Positions 25,480-39,577 of a stretch of DNA of 64,000 nucleotides are shown here, in pieces. Within the stretch, counting starts at the first letter, position 1. Each line of letters begins with the position of its first letter. Source of the DNA: Eledone cirrhosa (Eukaryota); contig OZ024754.1 of assembly GCA_964016885.1 (NCBI GenBank), positions 21,886,001 through 21,950,000 of the forward strand, given 5' to 3'. Under the pieces are notes generated by a model. The model was not told the DNA's origin. It was given only the letters and a program-made list of their open reading frames with translations, and did not search any database. The position numbers and the translations under genes are program-made.

Positions 25480-28400
25480 TCAGACACGGATGGCTAACAT
25501 AACTCCATCTTCCTCACCCCTCCCTGCGCCTCCAACCCATCCCTTCCATCCACCCAACAAAGTCCAAAACTTCAGAGTTGGTACCATGAATATAGGCACT
25601 TTAAAAGGTCACTGAAATGAGGTTGTAGAGATGCTTGAACGTAAGGAAGTTGATGTTTGTTGTGTTCAAGAGACTAGGTGGAGGGGTGGGTCTGCTAGAT
25701 TCAATGTGGGTAAAATGCGATGCTATAAACTTTTCTGGGTGGGAAATGACAATGGGCTGGGTGGAGTAGGAATCATGCTAGCAGAAAAATGGGTAGATAA
25801 GGTAATTGCCGTAAATAGAGTGAATGACAGAATAATTCAAATAAGACTAGTCCTAAATAGAACTACTGTGACAATAATATCTACGTACGCACCCCAATCT
25901 GGTCTACTTGACGTTATAAAAGACAGATTCTGTGAGTCGCTAATGCTCACTACCTCCCAAATAACCGACAGTGACTACATAATTATTGCTGGTGACCTAA
26001 ATGGTCATGTTGGACAACATTGTGATGGCTATGACGGAATCCATGGAGGCTACGGGTTTGGTACCAGAAATGAGGAAGGCTTCAGAATCCTGGAATTCTG
26101 TGACGCTAATAACCTAACTATCTGTAACACAAACTTCAAAAAACGAGACAATCACTTGATGACCTATAGATCAGGGGAACACGCCAGTCAGATAGATTAT
26201 ATCCTTACCAGAAGACGTGACAGAGTGTCTGTTGTAAACACTAAACCCCTCCCCAGTGAAGAATGCACCTCCCAACATAGCCTCATAGTTAGTGACCTTA
26301 TAGTCAAGACTAGATGTACTCGACAACAGAGGAGGACTACCCTGAGGAGAAGAATATGGAAGTTAAAGGACCCCACAGCCAGTAACATTTAAAAGCATAT
26401 TAATGCTTTTGACAGTAAGGAAGAGCAATTAGAGACGTACAATATAGAGGAACAGTGGGAATTCCTGAAAGTTAACCTACTGAAGGCGACAGATGAAATC
26501 TGTGGCTGGAGCAGACCTATAGGCAGGAGGAGAGTAATTTGGTGGTGGAACAGTAAGGTGGAGGAGTCAATCAAGGCCAAAAAGCAGGCTTGGAAAGCAT
26601 GGCGGGATGGGGGAAGTAGAGAACACTATTATGTGGCCAGGAAGGAAGCCAGGAGACAAGTGTACTTTGCAAGTTCAAGCATGTTCTACAACGTGAGGAC
26701 CAAAAACGTGAGGTGTTCAGGATTGCAAGACAATGTGTCAAGGAGAGCAAAGATATTGTCGAGGAGAAGTGTGTTCGTAATGATGATGGTGTACTTGCCA
26801 TCACTGATGCTGATAAGAAGGTAGCTTGGAAGTGTCACTACGAGAGACTACTAAATGAGGAGAATAAATGGGACAAAGATAGTCTGCCCCAAATCGATCC
26901 AATAGAGGGACCAGCAATAAAATAAGTAAGGCAATCAAAGACATGAAGACAGGCAAGGCGGCTGGGCCTTCGGAGATAATTGCTGAAATGCTGAAAGCAT
27001 CTGGAATGGTGGGACACACTCTGGTCTCCCGAATAGTAAACCAAGTCATACAGAATGGGATCATACCAAATGACTGGCGTAGCAGCATCATCATTAACTG
27101 CTACAAGGGTAAAGGAGATCCTTGAAGGTCACAGAAAGAGTTATAGCGCAACTAATCAGAGAGAGTATTGATCTAGATGAAATGCAGTTTGGGTTTGTGC
27201 CAGGTAAAAGTACCACAGACGCTCTTTTCCTTGTACGAAAACTACAGGAGAAGTACCTAGCTAAAAGTAAACCCCTCTACTTAGCTTTTGTAGACTTGGA
27301 GAAAGCCTTTGACAGAGTCCCCCGCTCCATTATCTGGTGGGCTCTTAGAAAACTAGGTGTAGATGAATGGCTTTTGAGAGCTATACAAGCCATGTATAAA
27401 GAAACAGTCAGCAAGGTTAGAATTAACGAGTATAGTGAAGAATTTAGCGTAAAAGTTATTCATCAAGGCTCTGTCCTTAGCCCCCTCCTATTTATTATTG
27501 CCCTTCAGGCTATAACAGAGGAGTTCAAGACCGGCTGCCCATGGGAACTTCTATACGCTGATGATCTAACTCTCATAGCTGAATCGATGGCTGAACTAGA
27601 GAAGAAATTCCAAACATGGAAGCATGGCCTAGAATCAAAAGGCCTTAAAGTTAACTTGTCTAAGACTAAAGTTCTAGTCTGTAGAAAAGAAAATAGGGCA
27701 CTGTCTCCTCTGGGAAATGGCCATGCTCAGTGTATAGGAAAGGAGTAGGCAGAAATTCCATTTTATGTCCCAAATGCAAACTATGGGTACATAAAAGATG
27801 TAGTGGGATCACAGGTAAGCTATCTAAGAACGTAGATTTTATATGTAGCTGATGCTCAGGTGCAATAATAGCAAGTGCCCACAGGATACTAGCTCCTATT
27901 GCCCAGATGGTTCTATAGAAATAGTGGACACCTTCCGTTACCTGGGTGACAAAATCAGCAGTGGTGGAGGGTGTTTTGAAAGTACAGTAGCTAGAGTCAG
28001 AACAGGATGGAAAAAGTTCAGAGAGCTTATATCACTATTGGCCACTAAAGGTTTCTCTCTAAAAATGAAAGGCAGGCTGTATGATGCATGCATACGATGA
28101 GCAATGTTACATGGCAGTGAGACATGGGCATTGTCTGCAGAGGACCTGCGCAGACTGGAGAGGAACGAAGCATGCTTGCTCCGTTGGATGTGTAATAGTT
28201 ATATATGTGAACGGCAAAGCATAAATGAACTAAGTGAGAAATTAGGAATAAGAGGGATCAGATGCTGTTTACTCGAGAGAAGACTACGTTGGTATGGTCA
28301 CGTGATGCGCATGAAAGACGACAGCTGTATAAAAAAGGGCAGGGCGATCAAAATTGATAGAAGTTACGGAGTAGGTAGACCCAGAAAAACCTGGGACGAT

Positions 28401-28900
28401 TTGATAAATTCCGACACACTTACACCTCTCTAAGACAATGTCACTGGACCGAGATCTTTGGCGCTATACAGAAGACTCGCCTTGCCTATGTACATAGTGA
28501 AACCTACAGTCAATAGTCACCTCTTAACCAAATATACACCCCCATCCCACTACCCCTACTTCACCCCCCCACTCCCACCAACACCACCCTCTCTCTGTAA
28601 AGTTATGTTGGTACCACAACATCCAGTCCTAAATAGATGAGGTCGTGTAGGTGTCACGACAAAAAAACACACAGTCCACGCTGTAATGTGGCCGTGTAGG
28701 TAACACGGTAAAAACCTCCCAGTCCACACTGTAAACGTGGTTGGTGTTAGGAAGGGCATCCAGCCGTAGAAAACCTGCCAGACAGTCCTATACGAGCGAG
28801 ACACGGTCTCCCGACCAATCTTGCCTCAAGTGGGACAATTCCCATCTAAACCCATACAAGCGTGGAAGATAGACGTTAAACGATGATGATGATGATGATG
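25480..28900 (+). mobile_element. Near full-length RTE LINE with stops and frameshifts
   Basis: RVGTMNIGTL, CVQETRW, AGDLNGHVG, QIDYIL, FVDLEKAFDRV, LLYADD, WYGHVMR; (GAT)n tail; long flanking direct repeat. Confidence 0.92.
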
Positions 28901-29072
28901 AAAATGGGCCTACTTTGGGATCATATACATGAGGATATAAGATATTCCATTCTTTTTTCTTAATTTTTCAGCTTCAGAAACAGCCACATTATACTCAAGT
29001 TGAATTATGTACAATGAAATTCACTAGATAAACATTTGTTGCTTTTTTTTTCTATCTAATTTCTAATTTTAG

Positions 29073-29334
29073 GAGATAGCTGGCTTTTGGCTGCCATAGC
29101 ATGCCTAGCAACACCTGGGTGTTCACCTCTCTTCCATCGTGTTATTCCACTTAACCAAAGCTTTCATACTGATGATTACTGTGGGGCATTTTACTTCAAC
29201 TTCTGGCACAGTGGTAACTGGGTGGAGGTTGTTGTTGATGATTATCTACCCACCTATCAGGGACAGTACTGCTTTATACATTCCAGTAAAACTAATGAAT
29301 TTTGGCCCGCACTTCTTGAGAAAGCTTATGCCAA
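29073..29334 (+). CDS. Calpain-family gene, exon B (nucleophile position is Ser, codon AGC 29078-29080)
   Basis: ttttAG|GA GAT AGC TGG = (G)[48 protein letters not shown]+AA|GTatgt; enters in phase 1, leaves in phase 2. Confidence 0.95.
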
Positions 29335-29484
29335 GTATGTATTTCACTATCACTATGTCTGTGAAGGGGGGGAGGGTGTATGTGTGTAGGTATTTGTGTA
29401 TTTATGTATGTATATATATATATTTGTTTTGCGAGGTTTTTTTATATGAAATCGTGTGTCAAAACAGATATTGTTATACAGGAG

Positions 29485-32400
29485 CAAATCATGGAATAGC
29501 TTAGAGAGGGAAAGCTACCTCATGGTACGACAGCCAGAGATACCAGTGTGTCCTGTTCGTGGATGCTACTCCTGGAGGGAAATTAGCTAACTAATGTAGA
29601 AAGGCCCTGAGAAAGACCCACTTAAAGATTAAAGTGGTAGAAAAGCCAGGAACTACCATAAAATCCCTGATCAGCAAAACATACCCTTTTAAGAAAACCC
29701 ACTGTACTAATAGGAAATGTGTTATATGTAAAGTAAACCCCCCGGATAAACTGTAAAACTAGAAATGTAGTCTATAGCGAAAGATGTACAGAGGGTACTT
29801 GCAGAAACATGACAACAACATACATAGGTGAGACAGCTGGAAGCATAGGAGAAAGAATAGATCAACACTGGGGGGAGTTAAAAGGACAAAAAAAGGTTCA
29901 GTACTATACGAACACGCCAGACAACAACATGACGGTAACATAGACAACATAGAAATTAAAATAATATCTAAACATAGAAATTACCCAGCAAATAGGCAAA
30001 TCAGAGAGGCAAGCGAAATAGAACTTAGAAGGTCAAAGCTAAACAGAAAAAAATGAATGGAATAACAACAACACCCAAACAAACAATACTGACTTAAGAG
30101 AAATATAAATAAATAAATAAACAAGCACGATAACAACAAACACATATAAACACACACTAGTAAACTAAGTTAGAATACAATAACCAAAAACACAGTCACC
30201 CAAACGCGAACACAGACACCAAACACTATACACACACGCAAACGCATGTGTAGAGACAAAAATAAATAAATAAATAAACATAAAATAAAAATGGTGTAGA
30301 CGTACAATACAACAGGAGGAAACATAATAGTACCACTGATGATGTTGCAGATGTGCAACGAAAGAACTTTGTTAGACTATATATATATATTTATATCTAT
30401 ATTTTTGACTGTTGGTCAATCAATGATAAACATTGATAGCCGAATGAATTAACTGTGGAGATATAAAAGATACAGAAGCGAAAATCAACCAAACAGTGAG
30501 TGTGTTCTGTTATTAATTCTGGCAATATTATTACACAAATATGACCCTCCCCAAGTATAACAATATTTGTTTCGACACACGATTTCATATCAAAAACCTC
30601 GCAAAACTAATTCATCGGCGTCATGGCATTAGCTTGTGCCAAGCTGAAAGGTTATTGAAAGACACTGTTTTCTGTTATATAAAAACTACGATAACAACAG
30701 AACAAATTCGCTTCTTAAAACACTGTGTTTCCTTCAAAATATACACATCATCATCATCGATGATGATGACACGACAAACATATTAAAACAAGTAAATAAT
30801 TTATTATTTAACAAAACACAAGCTGAATGCCTAAAACACATGTTAACAGTCAATATGAAAAGAATAACATATACGAAAATTAACGAACTTTACAAACAGA
30901 AACGCGTTAATGTTAAGGAAATTCAAAATCTCACCACACCAAACGAGATAAATAAACTCATTGGCATCATTCGACATGAAACAAAATATGCTCAAAACCA
31001 AGGCAAGAAACATTTCAATAGGAAATTATGATGGATGAAGAAGAAAAAACAAGAAAGGAGAATAGAAAATTTACAAAAATACCCAGATAACATCAACAAT
31101 ATCCATATGACAGACAGAGCATTACCGGCAGAATCTACCAAAGACCATACAATAAATATTTATGGGGACACTTTAATCAGTGAACAAGAACAACAGGCTC
31201 TATAGCTCCCACTGAAATTTGCTATTTACAAAAAAATAAATCCAATCGAGTGTAAAATGGAGCTGGAAATGTGTTTCACAAAAATACGTTGGAATGTAAA
31301 AATAAACAACAACAACAACTATACGGACAACTACTCTGAGAATAGAAATAACAGCTATAATAGTAATAGTCATAACAATAACAATACCAGGAGAGTGAGA
31401 AATAGTAATAATAATAGTGGTAGTAATACTAACGATAGACAGAACAACAACAACAACCACAATAATAATAATGGAAATAATACGAGTAGCAACAACAACA
31501 ATACATCTAACAATCATAACAATAATAATAATGTTAATGATAGGAACAACAACAACCACCATAATAACAATAATAGCAACACACACAACTATGACGTTAG
31601 ATATAATGACAACCCCTTAGAGAAACTATTCTTCAATCCAGCTGACAAAACATATCAGATGAGTAAAATTTATCCTACGAGGTTACCCTTTAATAAAAGG
31701 GTTTGTATGCCACAAGAAATAGATGACGAGACAGAGGCACAGTTCACCATAGCTAGAAATAAGATTAGACAAATAGTAGACCGGTATACTAAGAGACAGA
31801 GCAGACCAGAGGCCCAACAACTTGGAAGAAAACCTGTAGAAGGCTTAGTTAGCCTCAAGCAGCACACAAGGGATGGTGAGGTAGTATGTCTACCCACGGA
31901 TAAGTCTGGTAGGATGTCGATAGACAGCATGCCAAACTACATCAAGGCTATGCAACCCCACATCACCAACACGGGCGAAATTACACATCAAACACATGAG
32001 GGGAGAGAGAAGATCCTCAACGCTCACATGATGATGTGGACCGACATCCTAAAGCCAAGCAGATGCACTGCCAACAACTTCCAGGCGTCTAACAATGACA
32101 TACCACCCTTGTATGGGCTCCGCAAAGACCATAAGACAGTCGACAACCCGACAACAGGACCACCAACAAGACCTGTATGCGGAGAAAATATAGCTAGCAA
32201 CTACAGGATCTCCTACTTCCTCTCAATGGTTATATGCCCCATAATCAAGATGTCCTCAGATGTATGTGACAGTACAGAGGACCTCCTCAGCAGAATCAAT
32301 GAGTGCAACAAAAACAAAAACCTATCCAACTGCATAATAGGCAATATGGATGTGGTATCACTATACCCATCCATTGACATTGATTTTGCTGTGGAAAAAT

Positions 32401-34060
32401 GTGTGGAGATGATCAGTGAGAGTGAGGTGGAGTTCTGTGACGTTGACACAGATAAACTGGGCCGCCTACTTAGACTTACCTATGACACCGAGTACCTAGA
32501 CAGCCATGACCTTAGTCGTTTCTGCCCTAGTAGACCCATAAGAGGTAGACCCCCCCCCCCACCATAACCTCAATGGCAAAAAAGACTCATGGGAAGGTGG
32601 ATTGGGTGGATCAAAGCCATACGGGCACCCAAAAACAACGATCAGGTAAGAAAAATGGTCGCGCATGCAATAGGAGCTAGTAATAAAACTACCCTAAAGG
32701 GCCATATATTCAATGAAAAGATCTACACCCAAAATGAGGGAGCAGCCATTAGCCTCAGCATAGCTGGTGACGTTGCCAACATTTTTATGGTATGGTGGAA
32801 AAGGATTCTCAAAGATCTCCTGATGAGAGCTCCATAGACCTCATCATGTACTCTCGTTACGTAGACGATATTAATATAGTAATAAGGACACCCCTACAAG
32901 GGAGTACTAACGAATATGATTTAGAATATAGCACAATGGAAAGATCCAGCAGATAGCTAACTCCATACACCAGAGTATAACTAACTATTGACTACCCTTC
33001 CAAACACCCTAACAATAGACTACCTGGATTAACACTATAAACGAGAGGGCCCAAATCCTCCACTCACACTATGCTAAACCCATGGCCTCCAATACCTGAT
33101 ACTCAAAAACTCAACAATGTCCAATAGTGCTAAGTTTAATATTCTGATGGCAGACTTGGTACCAGTGATGACGAATGTGTACCGCATGTGCGACCCAACA
33201 GAAATGGAAAGACACATCCAACACTTCATCAAAGGCATGCAGTTCTCTGGCTACAACCAAAGAGACAGAATCAGAGTATACAAAGGAGCCACGGAGAAGT
33301 ATAAGACCCTCATAGGACTGGACATGAAAGGAATTTGCCCATTATACAAGAGCAAATCATGGAATAGCTTAGATAGGACTAAACATAAGATAGGGAAAGC
33401 CACCTCATGGTACGACAACCAGAGATACCAGAGCGTCATGTTCATGGACGCTACCCCTGGAGGGAAATTAGCTAACCAATGTAGAAAGGCCCTGAGAAAG
33501 ACCCACTTAAAGATTAAGGTGGTAGAAAAGCCAGGAACCACCATAAAATCCCTAATCAGCAAAACCTACCCTTTTAAGAAAACCCACTGTACTAATAGGA
33601 AATGTATTATATGTAAAGTAAACCCCCCGGATAAACTGTAAAACTAGAAATGTAGTCTATAGCATAAGATGTACAGAGGGTACTTGCAGAAACATGACAA
33701 CAACATACATAGGGCGAGACAGCTCGTAGCATAGGTGAAAGGATAGACCAACACTGGGGGGAACTAAAAGGACGAAAAAACGGTTCAGTACTATACAAAC
33801 ACGCCAGACAACAACACGACGGTAACATAGACAACATAGAAATTAAAATAATATCTAAACATAGAAACGACCCAACAGGTAGGCAAATCAGAGAGGCAAG
33901 CGAAATAGAAATTAGAAGGCCAAGGCTAAACAGAAAAAAATGAATGGAATAACAACACCCAAACAAACAATACAGACTTAAGAGAAATATAAATAATTAA
34001 ATAAATAAATACACAAGCACGATAACAACAAACACATATAAACACACACTAGTAAACTAA
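29485..34060 (+). mobile_element. Near-complete Penelope-like retroelement in partial-tandem (pseudo-LTR) arrangement, decayed
   Basis: 29485-30170 duplicates 33354-34058. ORF from 30541; RT motifs PTDKSG, PPLYGLRKDHK, MDVVSLYPSID, RYVDDI (~32855-32872); C-terminal GIY-YIG (VYSIRC..YIGETARS). Confidence 0.9.
30332..30373 (+). ncRNA. Minimal type I hammerhead ribozyme motif in the PLE pseudo-LTR
   Basis: CTGATGA - t - GTTGCA gatg TGCAAC - GAAA - GAAC - TT; helix I imperfect (ACCA/TGTT). Confidence 0.65.
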
Positions 34061-34062
34061 CG

Positions 34063-34462
<400 letters not shown>

Positions 34463-34528
34463 TATGAAGAGAGGAACATTTAGATATAATTAGTAATAAA
34501 ATGTATCATACCTAAACTGCTCCTAGAT

Positions 34529-34618
34529 TCCTCGACTACGTAGTTTCGTGGCATAAACAAAATCAGTACATCATAAAGATATAGAGCCCTTGCGAGGTCT
34601 GCCGACTTATCAAGAGGA
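34529..34618 (-). ncRNA. Type I hammerhead ribozyme motif (inverted copy of 35035-35124)
   Basis: Reverse complement of the + strand motif, with the core intact. Confidence 0.7.
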
Positions 34619-35034
34619 TACCTCATTTTTAACTCTGATACTGGTTCACTCTAGTTCAACCGGATTGGTCTGTCCCAGTCATTCATTGAGCAACATCGGT
34701 AAGGTTGGCACCATTAACTCACGGTTGGATGTGGATGCATTCATGTATATGTGTGTTTCAAAATATATTGTTCATAACTCTCTCTGGTCGAGTAATCTTT
34801 GAAGTGTGGTGACTGCTGGAAAGCTGCCATTACTCATACTTCTCGCCTCCTTTACCACCTCTTCTACGGCTTCGATATAAATACCCCCTCCGCCTCCGTG
34901 GTATTTTCTTCGGGGTTATAAGAGGCTTAGCTCTGTTTCTCGACCGTTATATCGCGTGACTATCTCCCCCTCCGCCTTTTGGGATTCTTTCTCACGTCGT
35001 GTAGACGCGTTCTTGAAGCTAGTAAAATGAGGTA

Positions 35035-35124
35035 TCCTCTTGATAAGTCGGCAGACCTCGCAAGGGCTCTATATCTTTATGATGTACTGTTTTTGTTTAT
35101 GCCACGAAACTACGTAGTCGAGGA
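35035..35124 (+). ncRNA. Type I hammerhead ribozyme motif, U3:A8 variant with extended helix II
   Basis: TCCTC - TTGATAA - GTcGGCA..TGCCAC - GAAA - CTACGTAG (palindrome) - TC - GAGGA; GUC cleavage triplet at 35117-35119. Confidence 0.75.
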
Positions 35125-35366
35125 ATCTAGGAGCAGTTTAGGTATGATACATTTTATTACTAATTATATCTAAATGTTCCTTCTCTCTTCATAATGTATT
35201 TTTAACTCTGATACTGGTTCACTCTAGTTCAACCGGATTGGTCTGTCCCAGTCATTCATTGAGCAACATCGGTAAGGTTGGCACCATTAACTCACGGTTG
35301 GATGTGGATGCATTCATGTATATGTGTGTCCCCGCATGTATCTGTGTGTTTCTAAATATATTGTTT

Positions 35367-35735
35367 ATATATATATATATACACATATATATATATACAC
35401 ACACATATATATATACACACATATATATATATATACGATATATATATATATACGATATATATATATATATACAATATTTATATATATATATATACAATAT
35501 TTATATATATATATATATACGATATATATATATATATATATACGATATTTATATATATATATATATACGATATTTATATATATATATATATATATACGAT
35601 ATTTATATATATATATATATATACAATATTTATATATACATATATACAATATTTATATATATATATATATATATACGATATATATATATATATATATATA
35701 CAATATTTATATATATATATATATATACGATATTA

Positions 35736-35819
<84 letters not shown>

Positions 35820-35820
35820 A

Positions 35821-35858
<38 letters not shown>

Positions 35859-35859
35859 A

Positions 35860-35942
<83 letters not shown>

Positions 35943-35965
35943 ATATTTATATATATATATATATA

Positions 35966-36005
<40 letters not shown>
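35367..36005. repeat. Interrupted (TA)n microsatellite
   Basis: Direct inspection. Confidence 0.95.
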
Positions 36006-36007
<2 letters not shown>

Positions 36008-36085
36008 TATATTATATTTTGAGATTAAACCCTCAGTCGTTTACAATTAATCAGCTCCAAGAAAGAGGCATTTCCGAGCAGTTAA

Positions 36086-36642
36086 ATACATGTTATACAT
36101 TAATATATATGATAAACACAAAACGTGTTTGCATTGTAACAGACAAAGTTAGCTATCAATGAAATAAACTAATTAAAGTGAATACAATTTGTCTGTCTCG
36201 ATATAAGTCAATAAAGACAAGCTTATATTGGCAAAAGCCGTGATTCCTGGACAAATCTAAATTTCAAAATCCAAACCCGCTCCGTAGATGAATTTGAACT
36301 TCGAAACCTAAATATGTTTCGCAACGATGGTACATAAATTGAAAAATAAAGAGAATCGAAATGGAATTGAAATAAAAAGTGAAATATCCAAATCTTCTGT
36401 GCTTATCAACAGGAATCCAGTAAAATTAGTACACTTCACCATCAAAAATTTTGCAGGTCTGACTACACGTGTGTGTAGCCAGCCAAGCTAGCCGTCCCGC
36501 ATTCCCGGTGCTAGAAATAACAGCCGTTTATACGGGATTAAAGATCAGCTCTACAATTAGTTTATTTCATTGATAGCTAACTTTGTCTGTTACAATGCAA
36601 ACACGTTTTGTGTTTATCATATATATTAATGTATAACATGTA
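36086..36642. repeat. Inverted-repeat unit (arms ~36086-36174 / 36556-36642)
   Basis: catgttatacattaatatatatgataaacacaaaacgtg.. and its reverse complement. Confidence 0.85.
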
Positions 36643-36685
36643 TATATATATATATAACGAATAGAGTTGTAACACACAAGTTATG

Positions 36686-36975
36686 ATATATTGGTAAACG
36701 GAAAAGAAAATGCTGATAAATTGTTCACAGTGAAAAATAGTTTAATTAGGAATAAGTGAGAATTAGTAATAGTATTGGTTAGTATTCAGTTATGGTTTTA
36801 AGTTTTACCGGTTGCGCATTTCTAATGCTTTTCAAAAATAATTTTGAGATAGAGCGTCCGTGATGTTTGCTCTAATCAGATTAGAGCAAACATTACTAAT
36901 TCTCACTTATTCCTAATTAAACTATTTTTCACTGTGAACAATTTGTCAGCATTTTCTTTTCCGTTTACCAATATA
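36686..36975. repeat. Inverted-repeat unit with a degenerate hammerhead (36802-36839, minus strand) in the spacer
   Basis: Arms 36686-36770 / 36892-36975; minus strand reads TTT-TTGAAAA-GCATT aga AATGC-GCAA-CCGG-TA-AAA. Confidence 0.75.
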
Positions 36976-36985
36976 TATATATATA

Positions 36986-37369
36986 TAAAATAAAGTAATT
37001 AAGTCAAATATTAAAAAATTTGGCTTTGTTTATTAAAGATGTACTGCTATATATATTTCAGTGACAGCCATCAGGCAGTCCGAATTGGTGTGGTAGAGAC
37101 AGGTACACATATTGTTAAAGTGTTTTACTCCGTCAATACTCCGATATGTCCAGCTCCTGGTTGGGTTGTTATTTCTCTGAGGAAGTGGACATATCGGAGT
37201 ATTGACGGAGTAAAACACTTTAACAATATGTATAACTGTCTCTACCACACCAATTCAGACTGCCTGAAGAGGTCACAGCCAATGATGGTTGTCACTGAAA
37301 TATATATAGCAGTACATCTTTAATAAACGAAGCCAAATTTTAAATATTTGACTTAATTACTTTATTTTA
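36986..37369. repeat. Fold-back unit (arms ~165-185 bp, ~33-nt loop)
   Basis: 36986-37152 is the reverse complement of 37186-37369 apart from an 18-nt indel. Confidence 0.9.
37259..37313 (+). ncRNA. Minimal type I hammerhead ribozyme motif
   Basis: ACTGC - CTGAAGA - GGTCACAGCCA atga TGGTTGTCACT - GAAA - TATATA (palindrome) - TA - GCAGT. Confidence 0.8.
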
Positions 37370-37467
37370 CATTACTCCGGAGTAACCAAACCAACCTGCG
37401 TACTTCGTCGAGTGCTCCAATCTGCATACTGAGGTGTTGGTATACAACCAACATATACTAAAAAAAA

Positions 37468-37487
37468 AATATATATATATATATACG

Positions 37488-37518
<31 letters not shown>

Positions 37519-37541
37519 CGATATATATATATATATATATC

Positions 37542-37575
<34 letters not shown>

Positions 37576-37632
37576 TATATATATGTATATATCACGTATA
37601 TATATATATATCGTATATATATATATATATTG

Positions 37633-37663
<31 letters not shown>

Positions 37664-37727
37664 TGTATGTATATATATATATATATATATATATTGTATG
37701 TATATATATATATATATATATATATTG

Positions 37728-37763
<36 letters not shown>

Positions 37764-37897
37764 ATGTATATATATATATATATATATCATATATATATAT
37801 ATATATATTGTATGTATATATATATATATATATATATCGTATATATATATATATATTGTATATATATATTGTATATATATATTATATATATATATAT

Positions 37898-37930
<33 letters not shown>

Positions 37931-37985
37931 TATATATATATTGTATATATATATATATATATCATATATATATATATATATATTG

Positions 37986-38018
<33 letters not shown>

Positions 38019-38086
38019 TATATATATATATATATTGTATATATATATATATATATATTGTATATATATATTATATATATATATAT

Positions 38087-38119
<33 letters not shown>

Positions 38120-38219
38120 TATATATATATATTGTATATATATATATATATTATATATACATATATATTGTATATATATATATATATTATATATACATAT
38201 ATATTGTATATACATATAT

Positions 38220-38264
<45 letters not shown>

Positions 38265-39552
38265 TATATATATTTATTAAAATAACAGATTAAAGTTTAA
38301 GCAAAGAATCGCTGCTTTCACCCTTAACGGGATCTTCTGAAACTAATTTTAATAAATATTTGCTCTACTGCTCTACGGTTCTTATATATTTGATATATAT
38401 TTATCCTTATCGAGCCCTCTTTGGATTTTAGTCTTCAATTTTATTATTATTACTATCGTATATATATATATCGTATATATATATATATATATAAATCGTA
38501 TATATATATATATCGTATATATATATATATATATTGTGTATATATATATATATATATATATACACGATATATATATATATATATATCGTATATATATATA
38601 TATATCGTATATATATATATATATATATATACGATATATATATATATATAGTATATATATATATATATATAGTATATATATATATATATATATATAGTAT
38701 ATATATATCGTATATTTATATATATATTGTATATATATATATATATATATCGTATATATATATATATATTGTATATATATATATATATATCGTATATATA
38801 TATGTATCGTATATATACATATATAGTATATATATATATATATATATCATATATATATATATATATCATATATATATATATATATCATATATATATATCA
38901 TATATATATATATATCATATATATATATATATCGTATATATATATATACAATATATATATATCGTATATATATATATATATATATATTGTATATATATAT
39001 ATATATATATCTCGTATATATATATATATATATCTCGTATATATATATATATATATATATATATCGTATATATATATATATCGTATATATATATATATAT
39101 CGTATATATATATATATTGTATATATATATATATCGTATATATATATATCGTATATATATATATATCGTATATATATATATATAGCGTATATATATATAT
39201 ATTGTATATATATATATCGTATATATATATATCTATCGTATATATATATATCGTATATATATCGTATATATATCGTATATATATATCTATCGTATATATA
39301 TATATCGTATATATATCGTATATATATATATATCGTATATATATATATATCGTATATATATATAAATATCGTATATATATATATATATCGTATATATATA
39401 TATCGTATATATATATATATATAAATATCGTATATATATATATATATATAAATATCGTATATATATATATATATATAAATATCGTATATATATATCGTAT
39501 ATATATATATATCGTATATATATATCTGGTATATATTTATATATATATATAT
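37468..39552. repeat. Long interrupted (TA)n microsatellite with a PLE-associated repeat inserted at 38273-38455
   Basis: Direct inspection. Confidence 0.95.
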
Positions 39553-39577
39553 GGGTATGTATATATGTGTGTTTATG

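Noticed and set aside
29078-29080. A-to-I editing restoring the catalytic Cys
   Set aside because: Editing AGC gives GGC (Gly), not TGC, so ADAR cannot restore Cys.
29087-29389. Standalone 100-aa gene as given by the ORF track (likewise 39928-40128)
   Set aside because: These are internal exons; calpain similarity ends at the GT donors (29335, 40108) and the remainder is intron read-through.
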